The translations under genes and the position numbers were made by a program. Under the pieces are notes generated by a model, which did no database searches, had not been told where the DNA came from, and worked only from the letters and a program-made list of their open reading frames with translations. This document shows positions 23,711 to 35,235 of a stretch of 64,000 nucleotides of DNA, piece after piece (the first letter of the stretch is position 1; every line of letters begins with the position of its first letter). Source of the DNA: Tubulanus polymorphus (Eukaryota > Animalia > Nemertea); contig NC_134026.1 of the NCBI RefSeq assembly GCF_964204645.1, positions 16,836,150-16,900,149 of the forward strand, in the 5' to 3' direction.

Positions 23711-24058
23711 TTATTTATCAAAAAAATTACTATCATCAAAATATTTAGTTAACTTATTTATGATTAATTCAACATTTATTTTATTACTAGTTTTATGATT
23801 ATCATATATTTTGGATAATATGTTTTTAATATCATATATGATAAAATCTTCATCTAATTCATAAAATCTTAAAGACTCGGTAATCTTTTCTACATTAAAA
23901 GTTTCTTTATCTATTGTTGTTTCATACTCAAATGTTGTTTCATTAGAAAATGCAATATTTTTAATATGTGTTATTACATCATTAATGTTAAATTTCATTT
24001 CTTTCTCACGTTTAAAATCAAATCCAAAACATATACTCGGTCCAACAGTTATATTCAT
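23711..24058 (-). CDS. Conserved hypothetical protein
   Basis: 115 aa; N-terminal half near-identical to 46473-46682. Confidence 0.75.
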   Translation of the reverse strand: MNITVGPSICFGFDFKREKEMKFNINDVITHIKNIAFSNETTFEYETTIDKETFNVEKITESLRFYELDEDFIIYDIKNILSKIYDNHKTSNKINVELIINKLTKYFDDSNFFDK

Positions 24059-24074
24059 TTATATAGGTGAAAAA

Positions 24075-24827
24075 TTACTCTCTACATCTTATAACTAATT
24101 CATATATCACAGGAAAAATATTTAAATCAATTAAGTATCCATTATGATTTCTTATTTCTAATTTAAAATTATTAAATTTAGGAATGCAAGGTTTAAAATC
24201 ACATTCAGCTAAATTATAATTTATTTGTGTTCCAAATTCTTTAACATTCTTCAATGGAAAAATGTTTAGTAAACCAGAATTACAAGTTATATCTTTAGTT
24301 GCTTCGAAAGTTTTTGTAGGCTCGATTAAATTGCAATAAATATAAAAGTGTGTAAAAGGTATTATATTTGATGTAGTATCAACATTTGAATAATATTTAT
24401 CTGGTGTAATTCCTAATAGTTTAGCTATAGGTTTTTTAACTGAAAATTGATATTTTTCATTATGAGCTAACCTTATCTTCATTTTATTAGAATTATCACT
24501 TTTCAAAAATCTAATGTTAAATTTAGTATCACTACCTAATTTGATCCGAGCTTTTTTATTAATTTCCTGCGCTAATGTATTTAAATTATATAATCCTGGT
24601 TTTAAAAATAGATAATTCCATTTATCCTTACTCTTGATTGAAAAAAATAAATGTTCAAGACTTTTAGCTGTTATATTATAAAAAGAATTACATAAACTTA
24701 TATTTACTAATTTTAAATCAACACAATTCTTAAATTCTCTATCTAATTGTATTAGTAAATTATGAGATTTATAATTTGTAAGTTTTCTAGAATCAACATA
24801 TATTCTGTATTCTTTTAATTCTGCCAT
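24075..24827 (-). CDS. Minor capsid protein (penton, single jelly-roll)
   Basis: IYVDSR, NSFYNI, PGLYN, FYIYCNLI, KLEIRNHNGYLIDLN pattern typical of Polinton/virophage pentons. Confidence 0.8.
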   Translation of the reverse strand: MAELKEYRIYVDSRKLTNYKSHNLLIQLDREFKNCVDLKLVNISLCNSFYNITAKSLEHLFFSIKSKDKWNYLFLKPGLYNLNTLAQEINKKARIKLGSDTKFNIRFLKSDNSNKMKIRLAHNEKYQFSVKKPIAKLLGITPDKYYSNVDTTSNIIPFTHFYIYCNLIEPTKTFEATKDITCNSGLLNIFPLKNVKEFGTQINYNLAECDFKPCIPKFNNFKLEIRNHNGYLIDLNIFPVIYELVIRCRE

Positions 24828-24844
24828 TTATTTTACATATTTTC

Positions 24845-25186
24845 TTATTCGAAATCTATTTCATGGTGTCCTTTTTCATTCTTACCTTTGTATACGAAAT
24901 AGAAATCTCCAGAACATAATTCTTCTAGATCTTCACTTGATAATCTATGAAATCTATCCGGTAAATATGTTCTGAATTTATATGTATTTCCTTTTAATCC
25001 TTCATATTCTAAGTGTATAACTAATTTATCTCCATATTTGTTAGTAACTGTAACAATATTTGTAATTAAATATTTCTTGTGAATTGTTAATTCTGTTAAC
25101 TTTTTGAATTTATAATCTACAGATTTTACATTTGTGGTATCTTTAATTCTATCTAAGAATTCATTGTGTACTTGTTTACTCTCCAT
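24845..25186 (-). CDS. Small beta-rich protein, possibly OB-fold ssDNA-binding
   Basis: KKLTEL...TNKYGDKLVIHL...TYLPDRF...YKGKNEKGHHEIDF; homologs at 33566-33889 and in the 8230-8885 remnant. Confidence 0.65.
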   Translation of the reverse strand: MESKQVHNEFLDRIKDTTNVKSVDYKFKKLTELTIHKKYLITNIVTVTNKYGDKLVIHLEYEGLKGNTYKFRTYLPDRFHRLSSEDLEELCSGDFYFVYKGKNEKGHHEIDFE

Positions 25187-25214
25187 TTATTATACAAATT
25201 TTTATTGAAATTTA

Positions 25215-28200
25215 TTAACACGTTAGAATCCTTTTCATAATTTCATTTTCTTTTGTTTCTTCTCTTTTGAATTTAATATATTCATCTAAATTGCAACCAT
25301 AGGCGACTGTGTGGATTCCATCATCTAAAATATATCTTTTATCATCAAATGGATTCAAACTTATCTTCTCTATCTCTTCAATATACATTTCATGATCTTC
25401 AGATCTTAAACATTTCATTTTATGTTTTCTAACTTCTTCATTAAATATACAATTGATGTAATCTTTAAAATGAATATTTTTTTCTACTACACTTTTGGTT
25501 ATTCCTTTTAACTTTTTAGCTTCATGTTCTTTAGTTTTATATGAATACATTTTAGATCTAATACCAATGAACTCTATCATTTCTTCACCACCTAATTCAT
25601 CCTTAAACTTCCCTGGAACTTTTTTATTATCATTGCTAAACAATTCATGATTTTTAGGATAGTTACTAAAATCAAAATGATGATTTAATATTTTTAAATC
25701 ATCTTTTATATTATCACTTTTTATCTTTAATATATAACTGTCAGTATCTAGATATAATATTTCTATATTTTTTTCTCCAAAATGGGGTTGTAATATGTTA
25801 TAGTAAAATTGATACATTAATAATTTTGAAATTTCTAGAACCGATGCACCAACATAGATTGGTTTATTAAATTTCATACTTGTTCTTCTCATCTTAACTG
25901 CTGCTAAATTTTCATCAAATATTTTGTTACCTATAAACTTAGGATATGATTGCAAATGTCTAATTCTTTTACCATTACTAACTAACTCAATGTCGTTTCT
26001 ATTACGAATATTCTCACAAGTCTTACCATAAAATGCATTATTCATTAACTTGAAGAAGTCTTTTTCAAAATCAGTTTTAGCTTCAGTTCTCTGTGTAGTA
26101 TTAAAATCTATATATTTTTCTAACCACTTAGATTGATTAAATGAAATATATCTATGTACTTTTTTTAATATCATTCCTTGATTCAAATAAAACTTCAACA
26201 TTCTATAATGTACAACATAATTATATTTATCTTCTTGAGTTACCATTAACTTTTCAGTATGAATATGATTATCAGGTTTAATTCTTTTTTGATAATTTGA
26301 TAATTCTTCATGTTTAACAGTTTTATGTTCGGGACAGTAAGCTAGATTTCTAGATTTGAATTTAATATTTTCAGGGTATTCTAAATCTACAACAAAGAAG
26401 TAACCAGTATCTGAATCATCTGCAATATCTAGGATTCTTTTCTTCCAATCAAATTTATCAATTTGTAAAACTTCAGTTATTTCAAACACCCCATAAGGTT
26501 GTGGTTCCATCATTGCCCAACCATAAAGATTATTTGCATCTATGTATAATAATTTATATCCAGGATTATCATTTACATTGAAATATCTATCACCCAATAC
26601 ACCTGAAACACCTCCTCTTATAGATTTTTCAAATAATAGTAATTGATCTATATTTGTTAACAAATCCATTTTTATATTTGTAAATTTTAATCCACAATCC
26701 CATGTTAATCCTGGACTAGAATAACAATGACAAGGATCAATGTTAAAATATTTTAGGTTTACATCTCTAAACCTTTCGAATATATCGGTTAATAATAATA
26801 CATCTGATTTTAAATATAAATCTACTAATTGCCCATGATTTTTAATTTCGAAATGATTCCAAATATTCAATGTTCTATTATAAACTTCATCTTTAACATA
26901 TTCATTTTTTAATTCATCATAGAATTGTTCTTTCAATAATTCAGTTATTTTAAAATCATTATGATTTTTATAGAAAGAATATGGAATTGCTCCTTTATAT
27001 CTCATTAATTGAAAATCATCATTATTTGGGTAATATTCTTTTAATATTTTTAATTCATCATCAACTAATGATTTAGATAAGTTATCTAATGAACTATTTA
27101 AAAATCTATATGAATCTATAAATCTTAGACAACCAAATTGGAATGATATATAATTCTCAGATGTTTTAGCTAACATTCTAAATTTATAAGTTGGTATTTT
27201 ATCTTTTGATTTATTTGAATTTAATATTTCTATTTCATTATTGATTTCTTCTATTTTATAACATAGCTGTTTGATAAATAAATGTGCGTCATACCCCGAT
27301 AGATTATGAAATATAACTGGTACAAAGTTAATTTTCTTAGCTTGTAAGTTACAATTCTCATGTGCAGCGCCTCTAAACTTTCCATTCAAATGATCATGGT
27401 CTCTTACTTTTTTATCTTTATAATTAAATATCTTTTCACAATAATAACATTTATCTGTAAACTCAAATACTTCTTTATCTTCTTCTGTCATAATTATTTC
27501 TATATTTTTATTTAACTTTTCATTAAATCTTATTTCATATTCAATTAATAAGTCACAAAAATGATTGATAACATTTTCATTTCTGTAATGATAATATTCA
27601 CTTTCAATTAGTTCTGGATAATCAGATTTAATATATAACCCGAAAGCTGCAGCTGATTGATGAATCTTTTTAATAGTATTTGTTTTGGGTGGTTCATCTG
27701 AAAAATCACTTTCATTAGAATTTAATTTCTTTCTTTTATAATATATTTCTTTTCTATCTTGATCAGTTAATTCTTTATTTAATGATTCAAAATCTCCATA
27801 TATTACAAATGGTACTTTATTTTTGTAATCATATTTTTTGAATTCTAATATTTTATCTTTTTCATTTGGTAAAACTAATTTACAATAATCATGATTATCA
27901 CATAGTTGTTTATGATTTAATAATGTACTTTCATTACTGAATCTATGTAAACATTTTCTACATAGATATATTTTATGGTGATCATTTTCTGATTTGAAAA
28001 ATAAATCGATTTGTTTAATCCACATGTAATGATTTTCATAATATAGTATATCTATAACATCGTTTGAATCATAATCTTTTGATAGGTATAAAGGTTCTAA
28101 TGTATAATGTTTTATGTTGTTACCTTTTGTATTTGGTAATTTAATTAAATCAAATACATTTATCTTTAAATTATTATCTCTTTCTATTTTTGGAATATTT

Positions 28201-29243
28201 TTAATTCTAACAGGATACTTATCTATCTTATAATTATTTTCAAATGGTTTATAATGAGTTAATCTAAAACTATGTGTAATATCTTCTGTTGGATGTAAAC
28301 AACTTATTGTAGCCCATAGAAAACATTTATTATCAAAATTTTGTATATTTATTACACCATTAGTTTTAAATGGTAGTTTAATATAACTTGTTCCATTTAT
28401 ACTATCATCTTTATAATATGATAAATTATTTTCATCAATTGGTTTTGATTTAGTTAACTTATTATATTTTGTGTTATAAACATGTAAAGTCATAAATATT
28501 ATTTCATCAAATATTAAACCTGATCCTTCAAAATATTTCTCTTCTATTTTACTTTTTATTTCATTATAACATTTATTTAATTTATCATCTATATGTTGTT
28601 TAGATATAATATGTTGTGAATGAGAATTTATATTATATATTGGTTTATCTTCAGATTTTATAAACTTTACTTTAACTGATATACTAATTTTTGGATATTC
28701 AACATCTGTAATTATTTTTATTATTTCTTTCATATTTTCTAAATGTTTTTTATTTTCTTCTAATGTTTTACCTTTATGAAATTTAAACTCGATAGCTGCT
28801 GGACCAATATCACTTTTAAATGCTTCGGTTATCTCTATATCTTTTTTATTATCTAATGAATTAATATAATTTCTTACATCTTCCATATATGGTCTTTTAT
28901 TGTTTAATTTATTTTTTATTCTTTTAATTGTTTTCTGTTTCTTATCGTTATCATTATCAAAATAATCTTCACCTATAATATCATTATTCTTATTTCTAAT
29001 ATGACTTATAGATTTTAAATGTTCTTTATAATATCTTTTATCACTGAATGATTGATTACATGTATCACATTTGTATGTTTCTTTTTCATCCTTTAATTCT
29101 TCTAATTCATTTTCTAATATATCATCTTCATATTCTAATTTCAATTTATTCTCTAAATGTGTTCTAGTTTTATTGTGTCTTGCTTTTTGAGACTTGTCTA
29201 TATCGATATTACATGTTGGGCAGTAGTATTTATTTGCTTCCAT
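25215..29243 (-). CDS. Protein-primed family B DNA polymerase (Zn fingers, terminal-protein/vOTU-like region, endonuclease VII-like insert); intein-free
   Basis: Exo YGDFES / FHNLSGYDAH / YLKSDV; Pol YIDANNLYGWAM, KLMNNAFYGK, YLDTDS, KLKG; DNKCF...HY; CYYC...RDHDHLNGKFRGAAHENCN. Confidence 0.97.
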   Translation of the reverse strand: MEANKYYCPTCNIDIDKSQKARHNKTRTHLENKLKLEYEDDILENELEELKDEKETYKCDTCNQSFSDKRYYKEHLKSISHIRNKNNDIIGEDYFDNDNDKKQKTIKRIKNKLNNKRPYMEDVRNYINSLDNKKDIEITEAFKSDIGPAAIEFKFHKGKTLEENKKHLENMKEIIKIITDVEYPKISISVKVKFIKSEDKPIYNINSHSQHIISKQHIDDKLNKCYNEIKSKIEEKYFEGSGLIFDEIIFMTLHVYNTKYNKLTKSKPIDENNLSYYKDDSINGTSYIKLPFKTNGVINIQNFDNKCFLWATISCLHPTEDITHSFRLTHYKPFENNYKIDKYPVRIKNIPKIERDNNLKINVFDLIKLPNTKGNNIKHYTLEPLYLSKDYDSNDVIDILYYENHYMWIKQIDLFFKSENDHHKIYLCRKCLHRFSNESTLLNHKQLCDNHDYCKLVLPNEKDKILEFKKYDYKNKVPFVIYGDFESLNKELTDQDRKEIYYKRKKLNSNESDFSDEPPKTNTIKKIHQSAAAFGLYIKSDYPELIESEYYHYRNENVINHFCDLLIEYEIRFNEKLNKNIEIIMTEEDKEVFEFTDKCYYCEKIFNYKDKKVRDHDHLNGKFRGAAHENCNLQAKKINFVPVIFHNLSGYDAHLFIKQLCYKIEEINNEIEILNSNKSKDKIPTYKFRMLAKTSENYISFQFGCLRFIDSYRFLNSSLDNLSKSLVDDELKILKEYYPNNDDFQLMRYKGAIPYSFYKNHNDFKITELLKEQFYDELKNEYVKDEVYNRTLNIWNHFEIKNHGQLVDLYLKSDVLLLTDIFERFRDVNLKYFNIDPCHCYSSPGLTWDCGLKFTNIKMDLLTNIDQLLLFEKSIRGGVSGVLGDRYFNVNDNPGYKLLYIDANNLYGWAMMEPQPYGVFEITEVLQIDKFDWKKRILDIADDSDTGYFFVVDLEYPENIKFKSRNLAYCPEHKTVKHEELSNYQKRIKPDNHIHTEKLMVTQEDKYNYVVHYRMLKFYLNQGMILKKVHRYISFNQSKWLEKYIDFNTTQRTEAKTDFEKDFFKLMNNAFYGKTCENIRNRNDIELVSNGKRIRHLQSYPKFIGNKIFDENLAAVKMRRTSMKFNKPIYVGASVLEISKLLMYQFYYNILQPHFGEKNIEILYLDTDSYILKIKSDNIKDDLKILNHHFDFSNYPKNHELFSNDNKKVPGKFKDELGGEEMIEFIGIRSKMYSYKTKEHEAKKLKGITKSVVEKNIHFKDYINCIFNEEVRKHKMKCLRSEDHEMYIEEIEKISLNPFDDKRYILDDGIHTVAYGCNLDEYIKFKREETKENEIMKRILTC

Positions 29244-29730
29244 TTTAATACTATATTTTTTATTAAAATTGATTTTAGAAGTTCAATGATTTAAATGTTA
29301 TTCATATATATGTGAATATTTTAAGAGTAATAGGGGTAATGGGCTTTCGTATCAAAGGTTTAATGATCGAGTTCATTAATAACAAATATTAAAAGTAATT
29401 AAAAAACTATAATATATTTTCATAACCGCGTGTATTTCGGTTGAATAATAGAATAATTATTATCATTTGAATATATTTGATTATTAAAATTTGTGTATTG
29501 TAATTAAATCAATTGGTCGTGGAGCGGAGCGATAGCGAAGCGGAGCGACCAATTGATTTAATACAATATGCTTTTTATATTATTGATATCTTATAATAAA
29601 TATTTAGTTTTGATATAAAATACACGCGGTTATGAAAATATATTATAGTTTTTTAATTACTTTTAATATTTTGTTTTTAATGGGCTCGACCTTTCGACCT
29701 CTGGTATGAAAGCCCATTACCCCTATTACT
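29139..29730 (-). repeat. Right TIR of element 1 (592 bp; hairpin 29326-29730)
   Basis: Inverted copy of 10325-10927. Confidence 0.95.
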
Positions 29731-31029
29731 GATTTAGCATTCTCACGTCTTTTCCAATTACACTGTTCTTTGCTGTACCTCAACCTATTCCTTTCCATAT
29801 GTATCCCTAATCAAAACACAGATGAATACAAACTGGTAAACGAAAAATAGTTGACATATGTAATATCACGACATATTTTATTTGTGTTATTGCTTTAAAT
29901 TAGGTAGATATTTTGCAGCCGCTTGATGTCCTTGAAATTTAAAATCGACCTCTAGCCTAAGTGGATAGAAATATAGCCTAGTGCATCAAAGTGAAATATG
30001 GCCAAGGTCCATCAACGTCGTTTGCTTTGTACTGCTGTTTGTACCTTGACCATGCCACTCGTAAGCGCCAAACATGTAAATAGACTATCGTATTTGAACT
30101 AAGATGATCAATGATACAACTGAGAACATCTTGCCATTCCAGCTCATGTCCTGCTTCGTCCAATTACGAGGTAACCAGAGGCAGGTTAGAACCGATTTTG
30201 GACATGTTCTAAATATTGCGCAGCGAATTTACTCAATTTTCTTCAAAAACGTATTATTCAAAGAAAAAAAAGTCATTCAGTAAATCGTTGCCCCAGCGTT
30301 TGCCGCTGCAGTCGCTACGGTTCCAATACCACTGTGTCCTGACAGCATGCATTCTCTTGAACAGTTTCCATAGTTTGGCTGTGTGTACAGGAACACCTAA
30401 AATTAAAAGGTCGTAGCCGGGTTCTAGAATATTGATGCCTTGAACATTAAGTTAACTTAGAATTAGTTGTTTTAGCAGCGCCTAAATGAAGCCCAGTTGA
30501 AACAGTCGACATTTTGATTTTTTAACAGCTATCAGACACCTTCGCCCAACTCATCTAGGAAATAGGAATAACCTTTACTCAGTAAGGATAAAAGCATTTT
30601 TAATACGAGAACCAAAATTCATTTGAAATTTCGCAAATCGATTTGACCAGCAGAGATTTGTTGGAATTAATTAAATCATATTGCTGTTGGTTAATGTGGA
30701 AATTTGGTCAAATAATGTTGGCGCCCATATATCTTCAACAAAGAAAAACCTTTGATTTATTCCTGTTAATGTCGAATGGCACAAGAACCCAACACAAGGA
30801 AATTCGTTCTTTATCGACCGATGTATTCACTAGCATTAATCATTTGTGGTCAAAGGCTTTGAAATATATCAAGACACACTTGAAGCCAAGAATAGAGAGC
30901 ATTTTCATACAGAGCAGGTATGATATTCAAATTTTATTTTCTCTATTATTTAGACTGAGGAAAGTTCAGAAATTCAACGTCAGTTTTCCCAATTTATCAT
31001 GATATTTCTTACAGAATTGAACCCCAGAG

Positions 31030-31761
31030 ATGAGAACGCCGACTTTAATAATCTGCACACGTGAAACAGCTGACGGTGCAGCTGGCAGCACTCGAAGCAC
31101 CGACAGCGTGAAATAATTTTGGGGGGTTTGGGCCCAACCCCAAAAATATTTTAGAAATCTAAAGCGTTTTCCTAGCACTATAAAATTTTAGCCCTTGGCC
31201 CATACTATCTACATACCAAGTTTCAGACTATAATTGTAGGACGAGTAGCGATTAAAAGATTTTACAAGTGTGACCTGTACAGCGCCCCCTAGAGATCAAA
31301 TTTGGAAAACGGTCGATAACATTCTGTCTCTTGGCCTGTAGTATCTGTAAACCAAGTTTCGTCAAGATCGGATTATAATTGTAGGACAAGTAGCGATTTA
31401 AAGATTTTACAAGTGCCACCCGTACAGCGCCCCCTAGAGATCAAATTGGGACAACAGCTCTAACTTGTAAGCGCTTTGCCCATAGTATCTACATACCAAG
31501 TTTCGTCAACATTGGACAATAAGTAGGACAAGTAGCGATTTGAAAATTTTACAAGCGCCACCTGTACAGCGCCCCCTAGAGATCAAATTGGGAAAACGGC
31601 TCTATATATTTTTAGCTCTTGGCCCATATTAGCTTCATACCAAGTTTGGTCAAGATAAGAATAAACTGTAGCAAATTGAAGCAAAAAGTTGACGGACGGA
31701 TGGACAGACGGACGTCAAAGTGAACACAGTATGCCCCCAACACGTTGTGGGGGCATAAAAA
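31030..31761. mobile_element. HINE-like element (family B) with three ~143-bp core repeats; left boundary approximate
   Basis: GTACAGCGCCCCCTAGAGATCAAATT at ~31277, ~31422 and ~31564; GACGGACGG microsatellite and terminal hairpin ATGCCCCCAACACGTTGTGGGGGCAT. Confidence 0.65.
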
Positions 31762-32070
31762 CTGATGACCTTGAAACTCACCACAATTATAGAACATGTC
31801 AGCATCTACAATTTTGCAATCGATTGTGATAATAATATATGCCTCTGTACCAATATAATATGGAAATACTATGTCATTCTACTATTCAACACCCCCTGGT
31901 GACCATATAGAAAAACGAATGACCTTGAACCTAACCAGAATCATAGACCATATCATGAACTACAACTTTGCAATTGATTGTGGTAACAAAATATGAATAG
32001 GTACGAATAGAATCTAGAAATACTAAGTTATTGTATTATTCAACGCCCATTGGTGGCCATATTCAAAAAC
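31762..32070. repeat. Fragment of family A core repeats
   Basis: CTACAACTTTGCAATTGATTGTGGTAACAAAATATG units as in 55950-56990. Confidence 0.7.
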
Positions 32071-33565
32071 GCATGACATGAAGGATAAATGACTAATTTA
32101 CGGAGAGATACTTTTTTCGATCAGACAGTTCTCAGGTCTTTATAGTACTTCAATTTCTTCTCGTTAAGAAATCATGGAAAGCACAATTCTGATAGCATTT
32201 GCCCTTTAACTACTTCGACACCACATATATGAATGGGCTATACCGGGAAATGTAAGTTGGCAATGAAGCCGACAGACTAGTAAATTGGCGACTTACTCCT
32301 GAATCTTGGAATGGGCAATGAATAAACCGGCATAATGATCGACTCAAACAAACAATGCTTGTGAGGGGTGGAATAATCGATTTCGTCACTTCTCGAGACA
32401 TAAGCATTCCTCCCTGTAGCGCATCATTTGAGCATTCCAAATGGAACATAGGCTGCATCGAAATGCTTCAAAACAATGGTGGTAACCGCCCACAACACAA
32501 TAACGCGCAATGTCTACTATCAAGAATCAAGGCCTCAAAAACATATAATGGACCAAAAAACGATAAATCATAGAGCAAAAGCGAATATTTTCGTGTTTGC
32601 TCTATAATTTTTCAATTTGCGTGGTAAAATTCGTTTTTGCTAGGGCGCAAAAATGAAAAGTTTGTTTTTGCTCTACAAGTTTCGTTTTGCGTTTTTCTAT
32701 AATCAAAGTAATGTAAAGATAAATGCACGTGGCCCTTATCGACAGTTGCTTCCTTTTTTGTATTTTCCAATGTACCTTATTTACCTTATCTGAACTGCAA
32801 AATGAACTGGTTCACATATCAGATTTCTGGATCATAGTTTATCAGCTGTCGTCTGAGATGTTACCCATTAGCATGTGGTAACACAAAGGTAGATTCAAAC
32901 CAACAATCGGACCAACAGCACTCAACCAAGTGACAGTGTAATTTCTGAAATGAGAAGAGGAATTTGGAACAATAAGCCCATGGGCCTTGAAGCATTGGTA
33001 GATTATACTGCGGTAAGGTATTAAGTGGTAAATGTTTTACATCTGCCGGCAAATGTTCTATGACGATGTTGATTGGGAGGGCCACAGACTTATTTATATA
33101 AGGTCAATTTGTCTTACGATTTTCATTTATGCTGAAAGTGAATTTCATTTTTCTGCCAACAATTTAGCCAAGTTATTTGTATTGTTAAACCTCATCAATG
33201 TGATTCTGTTAAAAAGACGAAACTAGTTTATCCCGAGTTTTCCGTCATTTCCCAGCCAAGAAATTTATATCAATCAAGATTTGGATACACAAACCCATTT
33301 AATACAACAATTTCGGCACTTTCGCCTACACAAGGTTCGTATCAACGGTGTAAGACTGTTAGGGTAATCATGACTGACTGTGGTTTTTGCATGAACTGTT
33401 AGGTCCTATTGAATAATGAAAACAAAAACAGAACTGAATGCAAGATCCTCTGATGCATAAATCGGTCAAAATGCAAAATGAGTAATTAGAAGATGGCGTT
33501 TTCATACCAGAGTACTAGAGTACTAGACACCACTCATCACCACAAGTAATTTCTTTTCCTAATAA

Positions 33566-33889
33566 ATGGGAGATAGAAAAGCATTCTTAGCAACAATAAA
33601 TAACAGAATAAAACCAGCAAAAAAACAATTTGAAATAAAAAAGTTAGTTGATGTTACAAAAGAAATTGAACATAAAATATTGAAATTAGAAAAGATAAAA
33701 ACTAAATATGGAGAGAAAGTATCAGCTAATTTAAGCTACTGTAATGTTAGTACATCGCGAGAATTTAAAGTATTTTTACCTGATAAATGGGTTTCATTGA
33801 GTACAGAGGAATTAAAAGATTTGGGATTTAAAATAATCTATCATGGAAAAAATGAAGATGGCCATCATGATTTAGAAATTGTTGATTAA
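33566..33889 (+). CDS. Homolog of the possible OB-fold protein
   Basis: TKYGEKV, VFLPDKW, YHGKNEDGHHDLEI. Confidence 0.7.
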   Translation: MGDRKAFLATINNRIKPAKKQFEIKKLVDVTKEIEHKILKLEKIKTKYGEKVSANLSYCNVSTSREFKVFLPDKWVSLSTEELKDLGFKIIYHGKNEDGHHDLEIVD

Positions 33890-34011
33890 ATTTAAAAAAA
33901 TAAATTAATAAAAATGATGAATAGCTAGAATCCGAAATGACTTATCTGGACAATTTAATTGCTCCGCATAGATAGACAAAAGTAGTGAGATATTCAATTA
34001 ATTAAAAAAAA

Positions 34012-34392
34012 TTATTTTTTTTGCTTTTTTTCTAAAATATTAATCCATTTTTTTAATGTCAATTTTGGAATTTCAGAAGTATTTTCATTTTTGATAGCAG
34101 TTGTTTCAGAATTATTAATATCATGAATTTTATTTGATTTCTTATACCAATTACACCCAATCAAAATGAATACAATTACAAATCCAACTGTAAAATATAG
34201 ACATTTATCAAATATTCTTTCATTAGAAGGAGTAGAAAGAACAATATTTTCACCATTTTTATTAACATTTTTATTACTTATTTTTTCTTTTACAGCTTTT
34301 TTATATTCTTGTGATTTAATTCCTAATTGCCGAGACCATTCAATTTGTTTCTGTGATCTCGGTTTTTTCTTCACTTCTTCCACCTTGTTCAT
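34012..34392 (-). CDS. Small basic TM protein (homolog of 14249-14644)
   Basis: RSQKQIEWSRQLG plus TM helix. Confidence 0.7.
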   Translation of the reverse strand: MNKVEEVKKKPRSQKQIEWSRQLGIKSQEYKKAVKEKISNKNVNKNGENIVLSTPSNERIFDKCLYFTVGFVIVFILIGCNWYKKSNKIHDINNSETTAIKNENTSEIPKLTLKKWINILEKKQKK

Positions 34393-34433
34393 TTATTATA
34401 GAAATATTTTTACTTTCAATATTTGAAAATGTT

Positions 34434-34931
34434 TTAACTAACAGTTGGTAATAATGTCATAAATCCACCTAATTGAAATGATAAATATCCAATCCATTTA
34501 TTTAATTCAGTCATAACTAAATAATCATTTTTTAAATCAGCATATAATCTATTTTCATCTTGAATTGGCAGCATATAATTACATAATTTACTATAACCTT
34601 TTACTACATTATCTGATATCGCGTCATTAATTCTAGCTGTTCTCGCGGTTTCATTAATCTTAAATAATCTAATAATTTCATCTGATTTCATTGTATCTAA
34701 TTCATTATAAGTTAAATTTTTACCGATAAAATTTTTACATTTTCCAGATGCTATTAATATTTCTAATTGATGTTTACAATAAAGATAATATTCATAATTA
34801 TTATTTGTCGTAACATTATTTAAAGCACCATCATCTGGAGTTAATTTTGTTTCTGTTATTCCTAAATCATCTAAAGTTTTTTCAATTGGAACATCACCAT
34901 TTTTAGATTTTATTTTCTTTTCACCTACCAT
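34434..34931 (-). CDS. Homolog of 13654-14256
   Basis: IEKTLDDLGI, YEYYLYCKHQLE, LKNDYLVMTEL. Confidence 0.75.
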   Translation of the reverse strand: MVGEKKIKSKNGDVPIEKTLDDLGITETKLTPDDGALNNVTTNNNYEYYLYCKHQLEILIASGKCKNFIGKNLTYNELDTMKSDEIIRLFKINETARTARINDAISDNVVKGYSKLCNYMLPIQDENRLYADLKNDYLVMTELNKWIGYLSFQLGGFMTLLPTVS

Positions 34932-34963
34932 TTATATAACAAAAAAATTAGTTGTGATGTTGC

Positions 34964-35235
34964 AACTAGAATTCAACTAGAATGTAACTAGAATTCAACT
35001 AGATTAACAAGCTAGTTGAAATATTGTTGTTTTTGTTTATTTCTAGTTAAATCTAGTTGATTTTTGTTCCAACTACCAATAACTAGAATTCAACTAGAAT
35101 GTAACTAGAATTAAACTAGATTAACAAGCTAGTTAAAATATTGTTAAATCTAGTTGATTTTTGTTCCAACTACCAATAACTAGAATTAAACTAGAATGTA
35201 ACTAGAATTCAACTAGATTAACAAGCTAGTTGAAT
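34964..35235. repeat. Three copies of a CTAG-rich ~55-bp repeat
   Basis: AACTAGAATTCAACTAGAATGTAACTAGAATTCAACTAGATTAACAAGCTAGTT at ~34964, ~35081 and ~35178. Confidence 0.85.

Larger units (their letters stand above)
10325..29730. mobile_element. Complete Maverick/Polinton (element 1, 19.4 kb)
   Basis: AGTAATAGGGG...CCCCTATTACT termini; perfect 6-bp TSD GATTTA (10319-10324, 29731-29736); pPolB, rve integrase, packaging ATPase, major and minor capsid genes. Confidence 0.98.

Noticed and set aside
33928-33995. SECIS, C/D-box or hammerhead interpretation of the conserved stem-loop
   Set aside because: The required 3' GA or CTGATGA cores are not conserved between element 1 and element 2 copies
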